Positions 51,128-61,500 of a DNA stretch of 64,000 nucleotides are shown piece by piece. The first letter of the stretch is position 1. Each line of letters opens with the position of its first letter. The position numbers were made by a program, and so were the translations under genes. The DNA is from an uncultured Bacteroidota bacterium. Lineage in GTDB: Bacteria; Bacteroidota; Ignavibacteria; UBA10030; UBA6906. The notes under the pieces were generated by a model, which did no database searches, had not been told where the DNA came from, and saw only the letters and a list, made by a program, of their open reading frames with translations. The stretch covers positions 32,001-96,000 of the forward strand of contig CAVOYH010000001.1 of NCBI GenBank assembly GCA_963700635.1, in the 5' to 3' direction.

Positions 51128-52197
51128 GGGCCGGGGTGACCACTGCGCGGTTGAACGTCCGCCTGCTTGTTCTGCTGGGCATCGCCGTCCTTTTCCTGTT
51201 GTTCGCGCGAAACATGCTCGTGCACCGCGTTGAACGTCCTGACAGGATGGAGATGCGTCAGGCGGAGATCCTTGCGGGCCGGTGGTTCGAGATCATTGAG
51301 GCACGGAAAGAAAAGGCGGGAATTGTCGGAGACGCAGGATCATCAATTCCTCATGCAGGCATGCTGGGTGCGGAGTGGTCTGAAGGCACGACGACACTTG
51401 GCTCGCTTGAAGCCAAACGCACTGCTGCCAACCCGCGCTTTGCGGCATTGATGGTTCGGCTCCTGCATGATGCCGGAGTGGATTCATCCTCCACGGTGGG
51501 TGTTCTTCTTTCTGGATCGTTTCCCACTCTGGCGATAGTTTCCCTTGCCGCCGTGCAGACCATCGGAGCCCGGGCTCTGGTTTTGAGTTCTCTGGGGGCC
51601 TCGTCTTACGGAGCGAATCAGCCCGGCGCGACGTGGCTGGATATGGAGAAATGGCTTGTGGAGGAAGGCGGACTCCGACGCAGTTCCGCGCTTCTGACGA
51701 TGGGTGCCGAGGGCGACAGCGGCGGCGGTTTGTCCGAAGAGGGAATCCGCATGTTTCACGCAGCCGCCGTCCGGAACGGTGTACCCCTGAGCGGTTTTTC
51801 GTCATTCGAAGAAGCCTTGCAGAAGAAGGAGGAGATGCTCCTCTCCGCCCGCATTCACGCACTGGTAAACGTCGGTGGAAACCAGACAAGTCTCGGAACA
51901 TGCCAGCATGCACCCACGCTGCCCACAGGCCTCTGCCTGCGTCGCTTGCACTGCACGGATCCCGGTCGGGGGTTGATCGAACGGTTTTCAGGACGTGGTG
52001 TTCCGTTTATTCATCTTCTCCATATCAGGAACATCGCATCCCGGTATGGTCTGCCCTTGTTGCCGGGAGCGCATGTACCCGGGTCTGAAAACGATGATAT
52101 GTCTGTGCGTTCGACGGTTCGCCGTGTTCCGGTAATGCTCTTGATCATCACGTTTATTGTGCTGCTTGTTGTGTCCCGCCCGTCTTCCCCCCGCTAA
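51121..52197 (+). CDS. pgsW: Poly-gamma-glutamate system protein PgsW
   Basis: TTTLGSLEAKRTAANP, SGSFP, SSLGASSYGAN and VNVGG; N- and C-terminal TM. Confidence 0.85.
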   Translation: MVRAGVTTARLNVRLLVLLGIAVLFLLFARNMLVHRVERPDRMEMRQAEILAGRWFEIIEARKEKAGIVGDAGSSIPHAGMLGAEWSEGTTTLGSLEAKRTAANPRFAALMVRLLHDAGVDSSSTVGVLLSGSFPTLAIVSLAAVQTIGARALVLSSLGASSYGANQPGATWLDMEKWLVEEGGLRRSSALLTMGAEGDSGGGLSEEGIRMFHAAAVRNGVPLSGFSSFEEALQKKEEMLLSARIHALVNVGGNQTSLGTCQHAPTLPTGLCLRRLHCTDPGRGLIERFSGRGVPFIHLLHIRNIASRYGLPLLPGAHVPGSENDDMSVRSTVRRVPVMLLIITFIVLLVVSRPSSPR

Positions 52198-52210
52198 CCG
52201 AATCCGATCC

Positions 52211-52239
52211 TTGCTTTTCGTGACGTGCGCACGTATATT
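52211..52239 (+). promoter_or_regulatory. Sigma70-type promoter marking a new unit after pgsW
   Basis: TTGCTT-N17-TATATT. Confidence 0.55.
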
Positions 52240-52275
52240 CTTGCGCTCCGGGCGAGCTCAAATCAGCCGGGACTC

Positions 52276-53025
52276 ATGGACTTCAGGTACGCCATGCGAT
52301 GGAAATACTGTATTCCTGCGACCGCAGCAGATTCTGAAGAACGTACTGCCCTCGAAGACCTCTACCTGATACCCGAGGATGGGAGCAGCGGCGGCCAATC
52401 CTACTGGATAACGCTGGAAGGTCTGAATTCCTTCACGGGTGGCACGCGGGAGGAAAAGCTGATGCGTCTGGGCGACCATGAGTATGTTATCTCCGATACG
52501 CTGGACATGCTGGTCCGGAAAGATGATTTTAGCAGGGAAGAGCTGCTCGAGTGGACGAAGGTATTCATTGGCGTGCGGTTCGGAGACCAGCAACCGCTTC
52601 TCGTCGAGGCCGCCGGTGATGAAGTATCCCGCTGCCCATCCGTCATCAACGAAACTGAGCAACGCGCCCGGCGAACAGAGATGATCCGTCTTCTCTTTGT
52701 CCATCACAAGGCAGGCCCATCAACACCGGCCCCGGAAGACCTGCTGGCATCTGAACCCCGACTGAGTATCCGTACAGTGTGGCTTGAGGAACTCACCCTC
52801 AACGAGGTTCAGCCTGAGGTGTTTCATGAGGCCGATCTTGTGCTGGTGATGGAAAAGCGTATGCGCCAGATTATTCATAAAAGGCTCAAAGCTCTCGGGA
52901 TTTCGAAACGCGTGATCTGTCTCTATCTTCCCGAGCACCATGACCGGCAGGATCCCGACTTTGAAGCGTTGTTCAAGGAGCGTGTATTCGTTTATCTGGA
53001 AAAGCTAGGATGGAAAACCGGTTAG
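52276..53025 (+). CDS. Hypothetical protein with a degenerate C-terminal LMW-PTP-like domain
   Basis: ADLVLVMEKR and KRVICLYLPE resemble LMW-PTP, but there is no CX5R loop (LLFVHHKAGP). Confidence 0.55.
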   Translation: MDFRYAMRWKYCIPATAADSEERTALEDLYLIPEDGSSGGQSYWITLEGLNSFTGGTREEKLMRLGDHEYVISDTLDMLVRKDDFSREELLEWTKVFIGVRFGDQQPLLVEAAGDEVSRCPSVINETEQRARRTEMIRLLFVHHKAGPSTPAPEDLLASEPRLSIRTVWLEELTLNEVQPEVFHEADLVLVMEKRMRQIIHKRLKALGISKRVICLYLPEHHDRQDPDFEALFKERVFVYLEKLGWKTG

Positions 53026-53065
53026 TCTCTGATGTGCTGTTTCTCCGGCGAGATTCCTTCAGGAT

Positions 53066-53971
53066 GTGTTTGTGAACGAGTTTCCGTTGTTCGGGGAAGT
53101 TGCGGCGCTGCTGACCGCAGTGTGCTGGTCCGGAAGTGCGCTTGTTTTTTCGTCCGCGACGGCGCGTGTCGGGTCTGTGCTCGTCAACATCTCCCGCCTG
53201 ATTCTGGCTCTGGCCTACCTTGTTATTATCCTCATTGTGTTTGGCATCCCGGTTGACCTCTCCACCTCCCAGTGCCTTAATCTGGGCATAAGCGGGATCG
53301 TGGGTCTCGCAATCGGTGATTCCTTCCTGTTCCGTGCCTATATTCATATCGGTGCCCGCGTCAGCATGCTGGTGATGTCTATCGCCCCCGCGATCGCAGC
53401 CGTTTTCGCCTATGTCTTTCTGGATGAACGGCTCTCGGTGCTCGGTGTGAGCGGGATCAGCATCACAGTTCTCGGTGTTCTGCTTGTTGCGTATGAACGG
53501 ACTCCGGGCGGTGTTGCACACGGAAAAGAACTTCTGACCGGCCTCCTGTTTGCCGGGGTGGCTGCGGTAGGGCAGGGGGTCGGACTTATCTTCGCCAAAC
53601 TTGCCTTCAACGAGGGGCCAATACACGGATTTGTTGCGGCAACGGTGCGGATTGGACTTTCCCTGGTTGTGCTGCTCCCGCTGATGCTTGCTCTCGGCCG
53701 GTTTGCTCATCCTGTCCGGACGTTCCTCAGGGACCGCCGTGCATTCTGGTTCACCGCGGTGGGGTCTGTGCTCGGACCATTTCTGGGGATATCGCTGAGT
53801 CTTCTCGCCGTGGCGCATACCAAGGTGGGCATCGCCGCCACCTTGATGGCAACCGTTCCGATTATCATGCTCCCGCTCGTTTATTTCCTCTACAAGGAAC
53901 ATCTCTCGTGGAGAGCAATGGCCGGGGCAGGAATCGCCGTTGCCGGGGTAGCTATCCTGTTTCTTCACTAA
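53066..53971 (+). CDS. EamA/DMT-family transporter
   Basis: About 10 TM; GEVAALLTAVCWS, SGIVGLAIGD and GPFLGISLS. Confidence 0.9.
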   Translation: MFVNEFPLFGEVAALLTAVCWSGSALVFSSATARVGSVLVNISRLILALAYLVIILIVFGIPVDLSTSQCLNLGISGIVGLAIGDSFLFRAYIHIGARVSMLVMSIAPAIAAVFAYVFLDERLSVLGVSGISITVLGVLLVAYERTPGGVAHGKELLTGLLFAGVAAVGQGVGLIFAKLAFNEGPIHGFVAATVRIGLSLVVLLPLMLALGRFAHPVRTFLRDRRAFWFTAVGSVLGPFLGISLSLLAVAHTKVGIAATLMATVPIIMLPLVYFLYKEHLSWRAMAGAGIAVAGVAILFLH

Positions 53972-53991
53972 GAGAGAAACCGGAGTATTGT

Positions 53992-55128
53992 ATGCTGAGC
54001 GGAGCGAAACTTATTTGCAGGGCAACGGGTGAATCATACGATACTGATGACCCACGGTGGCGCTCTGACTCTGGCGGAGTGCTTTCGCTTGATTTCTCGC
54101 CGGTCATCGACACCGGATTATTTGCCGGGCGTCCATTCACTCCCTGGCGCTATCGTGAGGCCATCCCGCTTCCGGCGTCCGCAGCCCCGGTGAGTCTCGG
54201 AGAAAGCGTCTCACCGCTCGTGCGTGTTGATGTTGGTGGAAGGTCGATATTGATCAAACAGGACCACATCAATCCGACGGGATCCTATAAAGACCGCGGC
54301 GCTGCAGTGATGGTTAGCAAGATCCACCAGCTGGGCATCCGGCATGTTGTGGAAGACTCATCAGGCAATGCGGGATGTTCGGTTGCTGCCTACTGTGCGC
54401 GGTCAGGTATTCAATGTGACATTTTCGTGCCCGAGACCACCTCCACGTCAAAACTTCTGCAGCTGGAGTATTTTGGAGCACACGTTCACCGGATATCAGG
54501 GACACGGGAAGACACTGCCCGCGCCGCCCGGTCGGCCGCAGAGTCGTCCTACTATGCGAGTCATGTCTGGAACCCGTTTTTCTTTCACGGGACAAAACTT
54601 TTTGCCTATGAAGTTGCAGAGCAGCTTGGCTGGCACGCCCCCGACGTTGTAATCCTTCCGGTCGGCAACGGCACCCTGTTACTCGGGGCGTTCCTGGGGT
54701 TCAACGAACTACTCCAGGGTGGTGCTATCGCGAGCATGCCACGGATCGTTGGTGTGCAAGCCGCAGCATGTTCTCCGCTGGCCGGCATGTTTCGTGGTGG
54801 TAGCCAGGAATTTGTACCGGTGCGGGTTGGTCAGACAATAGCCGAGGGGATCGCAATTGCCAATCCTGTCCGGTGGGAGGAAATCCTCGCGGCGGTGCGC
54901 GACACACAGGGGGAGATTTTCAGTGTGTCGGATGAGTCAATCCGGTCTGCGCTTCTTGACATGGGGAGGAAGGGTTTCTATATAGAGCCCACTGCAGCCG
55001 CGGCTATTGCCGGTGTGTCACAGTATGTCGGGAGGGCGGGTGCAGAGGAGACGGTGGTCAGCGTTTTTTCCGGTAGCGGTCTTAAGGCAAGCCACGCAAT
55101 GGACATGATTCTCCACCCCGGGGGCTAG
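53992..55128 (+). CDS. thrC: Threonine synthase-like PLP enzyme
   Basis: WRY, NPTGSYKDRG, DSSGNAG, PVGNGTL, IAEGIA, IEPTAA, SGSGLK. Confidence 0.85.
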   Translation: MLSGAKLICRATGESYDTDDPRWRSDSGGVLSLDFSPVIDTGLFAGRPFTPWRYREAIPLPASAAPVSLGESVSPLVRVDVGGRSILIKQDHINPTGSYKDRGAAVMVSKIHQLGIRHVVEDSSGNAGCSVAAYCARSGIQCDIFVPETTSTSKLLQLEYFGAHVHRISGTREDTARAARSAAESSYYASHVWNPFFFHGTKLFAYEVAEQLGWHAPDVVILPVGNGTLLLGAFLGFNELLQGGAIASMPRIVGVQAAACSPLAGMFRGGSQEFVPVRVGQTIAEGIAIANPVRWEEILAAVRDTQGEIFSVSDESIRSALLDMGRKGFYIEPTAAAAIAGVSQYVGRAGAEETVVSVFSGSGLKASHAMDMILHPGG

Positions 55129-55260
55129 AGAACACTTCCGCTCCACATTCCAATCAGGGGTTTGTGTCCCAGGACACAGACTCTTCAGCCAGGGGATGTA
55201 TATTACTGATTGGTATCAAATTTTGCATCCTACCCTCGTTTTTGCGTAATTATCACGTTC

Positions 55261-55289
55261 TTGACACGCAGGGGTAATCTTTGTATCTT
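55261..55289 (+). promoter_or_regulatory. Sigma70-type promoter of the giant surface-protein gene
   Basis: TTGACA-N17-TATCTT, about 210 nt upstream of the ATG. Confidence 0.6.
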
Positions 55290-55501
55290 GACTTGAAATT
55301 TCCTCGATTTTCCTCGATTTTTCTATTGGCGCGATTCGCCATGGGACCGGGGGCATCTGTTTCTTCGATGCAAAGCCGCTGCTCGGGCATCATCCCGACC
55401 TCTGGTCCCCCTGCCTTTCCTCGTTACAGCGGAGGCATGAAACAACAGAGTTTTGGTTGGCGCACTGAACTGCGGGGTTTTGTTTCATCAGAGAGTCTGA
55501 T

Positions 55502-58500
55502 ATGAGAATGCAACTACATGCCGCTGCAACGCTCGCCATCATGTTCATCTTTGGCGCTACGGACGCGTACGCGCAGGCGACCAAATTCGTGATAACAGGT
55601 TCCGGGACGCAGATTGCCGGAGTGCCCCAGAACCTTACCATCAGGGCAGATAGTTCAGGACAACCCGCCACATCATATACAGGTGCCAGGAAGCTGATTT
55701 TCAGCGGAGCCACGGCCTCTCAGAATCCCGTTACGCAGCCAACTGTCAACGATTCGGGGGGGACTACAAGGAATTTCGGCGATACAACCGTCATCAGGTT
55801 CACAAACGGCCTCGCCACAGTCTCCGCCTCAAAGAACGGCGTGTTGAGGCTCTATAAGGCTGAGACGGCGACAGTCTCGGTCACAGACGGAACGATCTCT
55901 TCCCCCGTACCCGACCGGCTGACCGTCGTGGTTTCGGCGGCAGGGGTCGGGAAATTTGTCTGGTCCCTGACTTCGCCACAACTCAGCGGCGCTGCGTTTA
56001 CAGGCATCAATACGCTCACTGCCCAGGACAGTTGGGGGAATACCGTAACGGACTTCAGCGCGAATGCCAATAACGTCACCATCACAAATTCTCTCGGGGG
56101 CACGGTTACCGGACTCGGTACCGGCAACAACAATGTCCTGAACAAGACCCCGGATTTTTCAAGTGGTGTTGCCAACCTCACAAGTCTCGGGATGATCTAT
56201 TCAGGTTCCCCCGGATCTGTTACGTTCACGGCGACATCTGCAGGACCGGTTGCCACCGGGATCTCCTCTCCGGTGACCATCTCTTCCGGAACTCCCCAAA
56301 AACTTGTTATCACCGGGCAGGGGACGCAGGTCGCCGGGAAAGCACAGAATCTCACGATTACTGCGAGGGACGGCAGTAACAATGTTGCGTCATCATATGC
56401 GGGCGTTAAGTCTATCACATTTTCCGGAGCGCAGGCTTCCCCGGACGGGGATCAGCCTTCGGTCACTAGCAACACCGGTACACCGGTTAACTTCGGAACA
56501 GCTACAAATATTTCGTTTGTTGCTGGTATTGCACAGGTCTCCGGCAGCAACAACGGGGCGATGAGACTCTACACAGCCGAGACCGCCACCATTGCGGCAA
56601 CGGATGGCACGATCTCTTCATCGGGGGCGGACCGGCTGACTGTTGCCGTTTCTCCGGACTCGCTGGGAAAATTTGTGTTCATTGTTTCTCCATCCCAGAC
56701 TAATAATGTTCCCTTTGTCGGGGCCGACACACTTATCGCACAGGATGAGTGGGGGAACATCGTTCCGAGTTTTGATGCGTCGCAGAATCCCGTGATCATC
56801 AGCCCCATCGGTCTTATCGGCCGGATATCGGTGGGCGTCGGCAGAGATAGTATACTCAACCAGGTAGGGGACTTTTCTTCGGGTAAAGCCATCCTTTCCG
56901 GCAAATTGAAGTACACCGGGCTCATCGGGACGGGTCAGTTTAAGGCAACCTCTCAGCCATCGGGGCAAGCGGGAACTTCTGGCACTGTCACTATCGTGGC
57001 AGGAGAAGCCAGGCGGCTGGTGCTCGGCGGAACCGGTTCCGTGGGAGCCGGCGTGGCGAATGCTCTCACGATCACCGCAAGGGATACTTCAGGCAACGTC
57101 GCGACAGGCTACACGGGCACAAAAACACTCGGTTTTAGCGGGGCAAACCTCTCGCCGGACGGTGATGCCCCGTCGGTGACTGATTATCAGGGAACCGAGA
57201 AAGTTTTTTCCTGGACACCGAGGAACACAGACATTACATTCTCAAGCGGTGTCGCCACGGTTATCACAGGCGGCAAGAATGGAGTGATGCGTCTGCGCAA
57301 AGTGGAAGTCGCATCAATTGCCGTGAGTGATGGTAGTATTGGTACGCTGCCTGGCAGCGAGCTCAGCGTTTCCGTGTCGCCGGCCGGACTCAGGCGATTC
57401 TCGGTCATCCTGACTTCCCCGCAGACAAACGGCGTTACGTTCACCGGTGTGAACACTGTCACAGCCATCGACAGCTTTGGTAATATTGCGACCGGTTTTA
57501 ATCCCATCTCGAACAATGTCACCATGACGGCCCCCGGATTGGGAGGCACACTTTCGGGGCTTGGCTCCGGCGGCACCAATGTGCTGAACCAGGCTTCAGA
57601 TTTTGTCAGCGGTATCGCGAGCGTAAGTGGAAAACTTAAGTACACCGGGATCACCGGCAGCAGCGTGTTCACGGCCACATCTCAGTCGGGCAGAACCGGA
57701 TCAACAGCCGGCAGCATCGTTATCAATGTTGGTGAGGCCAAGCGTCTTGTTGTTACCGGAAGTGCGACGCAGCCCGCAGGTTCCGGCCGGAACCTCACCA
57801 TCACGGCAAAGGACAGCTCCGGAAACACTATCACCACCTACGCCGGAGATAAGTCTCTGGTCTTCAGTGGATCAGGGCCTTCAGCAAATCCCCCCACAAG
57901 CCCGACCGTGACGAACGCGGCCGGCGCCCAGGTGCCTTTCGGATTGTCAACGACCATCACATTTTCCGCGGGTATAGCGCAGGTCAGCGGGAGCGCCAAC
58001 GGTCTGATGCGCCTGTATCGGTCGGGAACTGACACCATCGCGGTGTCGGACGGTCTTATCGGCTCCGGTGCGGGAGACCGTCTCATCGTGACCGTTTCTG
58101 CCGATGCACTCGCAAAATTTGTAGTCAGCTTCACCTCCCCTCAACAAAGCGGGATTGCATTCACGGGGGACAATACGATTGTTGCGCAGGACAGTTTTGG
58201 CAACACCAAGACAGACTTTGACGCGTCATCAGACAACGTCACCGTCAGTGCCAACGCGCTCGGCGGTGTCGTCAGTGGCCTGGGTTCCGCAGCGAACAAT
58301 GTGCTGAATCAGTTCTCTGATTTTGTAGCAGGGACGGCAAATCTGACGGGCAAGCTGAAGTACACGAGTCAGGTGGGGACGACGACGTTCACAGCCGTTA
58401 ATTCCACAAGCAAAGCCGGAACCTCGGGTAACGTCCAGATTGTGGCGGGGGGTGCGACCCGTCTTGTTATCGCCGGCACGCCGACCATGACCGCAGGCGG

Positions 58501-61500
58501 GGTGCAGAGTCTTACGATTACGGCACGCGACGGTTCAGGAAACACCGTGACCTCGTATGCCGGGAACAAATCTCTCATTTTTTCGGGTGCGGACTCATCC
58601 ATCACGCCGGCTCTCCCGCCCACTGTTACCAATAGCTCCGGCGCGGCAACTGCCTTCGGCGCCGCGACGGCGATCACCTTTACCGCTGGAATCGCCACGG
58701 TATCAGGCAGCACTAACGGGGTGATGCGGCTGTTGCGCGCGCAAACTGCCATCATCTCCGTTTCGGACGGTACCATCAGTTCCAGCGGAAGTGACAGGCT
58801 CACCGTGGCCGTTTCACCGGCCGCTCTCGGCATGTTTGCCTGGACCATCACTTCTCCGCAGACCAACGGCGTGGCGTTTACAGGAACAAACACGCTTACT
58901 GCACAGGACGATTGGGGCAACACGCGAACGACATTTGATGCCTCCACCACGAACGTGACCATCACGACCACCCTGTCGGGCACGATCAGCGGTCTTGGTA
59001 GCGGTGGAATCAACGTACTCAACCGGAGCAATGACTTTGTTGCGGGGGTCGCAAACCTTACATCCCTCGGCATAAAATACACCGGCGCCATCGGAAGCGG
59101 CACCCTCACCGCCAACGGGGGAGGAAAAAGCGGAATCTCCGGCACACTGCAGATCGTTGCGGGTGGGGCGACGCGACTCGTCGTGCGAACGGTATCCAAT
59201 GACTCCATGACGACTCTCCTTGCCGGGGAAATACGGAATCTGTCGATTACAGCCAGGGACGGTTCAGGAAACATTGTGGTTTCGTACTCCGGGATGAAGC
59301 AGTTGACGTTTTCTGGAGCGGATTCCTCATCGAACCCCGCAACTGCCCCCACCGTCACCAACAGCAGCGGCACGGCCATCGGATTTGGCACACTCACGTC
59401 TCTGACGTTTACAAACGGGGTTGCCCAGGTGAGCGGGAACAGCAACGGAGTCCTGAGTCTGTACCGCGCACAGACGGCAACCATAGCCGTGACCGACGGG
59501 GCAATCAGCTCATCCGGTACGGACCGGCTTACCGCGACTGTTTCCCCGGGCCCACTTGCCAAGTTTAGCTGGGTGCTCTCGACGCCCCAGGTGAACGGTG
59601 TAGCGTTCACCGGAATCAACACATTAACCGCACAGGATGCGTGGGGGAACGCGGTATCGTCATTTGACGCCTCTGTGAGTAATGTGACTCTGAGTTCGTC
59701 ACTTGGCGGCACGATCACCGGACTTGGCACGGGAAATAGTGCAGTGATGAATCGGGCCACCGACTTTGCGGGCGGTATCGCGAACCTGACCGCGCTCGGA
59801 ATGAAGTACACAGGTCCGTTTGGCAATGGAACGTTCACCGCCACAGCGTCCGGGAAGGCAGGCACATCATCAACTGTGGCAATTGTTGCCGGGACGGCGT
59901 CACGTCTTGTGATTACCGGCTCTGCAACCCAGACCGCGGGGGCGGGACAGAATCTGACCATTACGGCCCGGGATACATCGGACAACCCGGTGGCAACATA
60001 CACAGGCACGAAGACCCTGACTTTTTCCGGAGCAAATCCCTCCACGAATCCGCTTACACAACCCTCCGTGACGAATTCCTCGGGGGTCGCCGTTTCTTTC
60101 GGTGCCTCAACCATGATAACATTCACCAATGGTGTTGCCACTGTAAGCGCAGGGCAAAATGGGCAGATGCGGCTGTACAAGGTGGAGAGTGCACTCATCA
60201 GCGTGACCGATGGAACGATCAGTTCCACGGGGACTGACCGGTTAAGCGTCACCGTGTCTCCGGGACTACTCGGGCAGTTTGCCTGGACATTAACCTCTCC
60301 TCAGGTGAATGGCGTGAACTTCACCGGGACGAATACTCTTGTTGCGCAGGACAACTGGGGGAACGCCGTTCCGACGTTCGATGCGTCAACGAACAACGTT
60401 TCCATCACGACTGTCCTTCCCGGTTCACCGGGTGCGATTACCGGCCTGGGAACCCTCGGCAATAATGTCCTGAACAGGGCAACCGACTTTGTGTCCGGTC
60501 TGGCAAACCTTACAGCGCTGGGATTACGCTACACCGGATCGGCGGGAACAGGAACCTTTACCGCAACGTCTGCGACTGGCTCGAAGACAGGCGTTTCTCC
60601 AGCCATCACGATCGACAACCCCGCTCCAACAATTGCCACAGTCACGCCGGGCGAGGCAAATCGCTCGCAGACTATCATGGTGGCGATCACCGGCACAAAT
60701 TTCAGATCCGGAGTAACCACCGTAAGCTTCGGATCAAATGTGACGATCGATACAATTGTTGTGTTGTCCCCGACGCAGATGTCCGTCACTGTCTCGATAG
60801 GGGCTGCTGCCGCACTGGGCCAGCGGAGTGTGAGTGTCACCAATCCCACCCCCGGTGGAGGAACAGCAACACTTCCACTCGCATTCCGGGTGAAAAATAT
60901 TCCCACACTCATCAGTCTGTCTCCCTCAATCGGCATCCGAGGCCAGACGTACGGGGTGTTGATCACCGGGACAAATTTTGCTGAAGGGGTAAGTTCGGTC
61001 GGCATACTTGGATCAAATATCACGCTCAACTCCGATACGGTGCTCAATCCGTCCACCATTCTGGCGAACATCACCATCGGCGGTACGGCGGTGGACGGGG
61101 TCCGCCAGTTCACCGTGACAAACGGTGGGCCGGAGGGGGGGACCTCGAACGGCGTGGGGTTCACGGTCGGTAACAATCCTGTCCCTACACTCACAAGCAT
61201 AACCCCTGACACGGCAACGCGCCTCCAATCGCTCGAGTTAACGATCAAGGGCACCAATTTTTACCAGGGGATCTCATCGGTTAGTCTGGGCAGCGGCATC
61301 ACCGTCCTCAATACCGTCATTGACAGTGCCAAGCAGATCCGTCTGAATGTGACAGTGACTGACACTGCAGCGACCGGGCCGAGTGCGGTCAGCGTGATTA
61401 ACGCCGGACCGGGAGGCGGGACTGCGACTCTGACGAACGGGTTCAACGTGACCAACCCTGTCCCAACGCTTTCGGGGATTTCGGTACAAAACGGTTCACG

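Noticed and set aside
55211-55227. Sigma54-like TGGTATC...TTGCA
   Set aside because: GG-to-GC spacing is 11 nt rather than the strict 10
55340-55440. c-di-GMP-I riboswitch (GATGCAAAGCC resembles GACGCAAAGCC)
   Set aside because: The GGCAAA/GAAA-tetraloop P2 elements are missing; kept only as a generic structured leader
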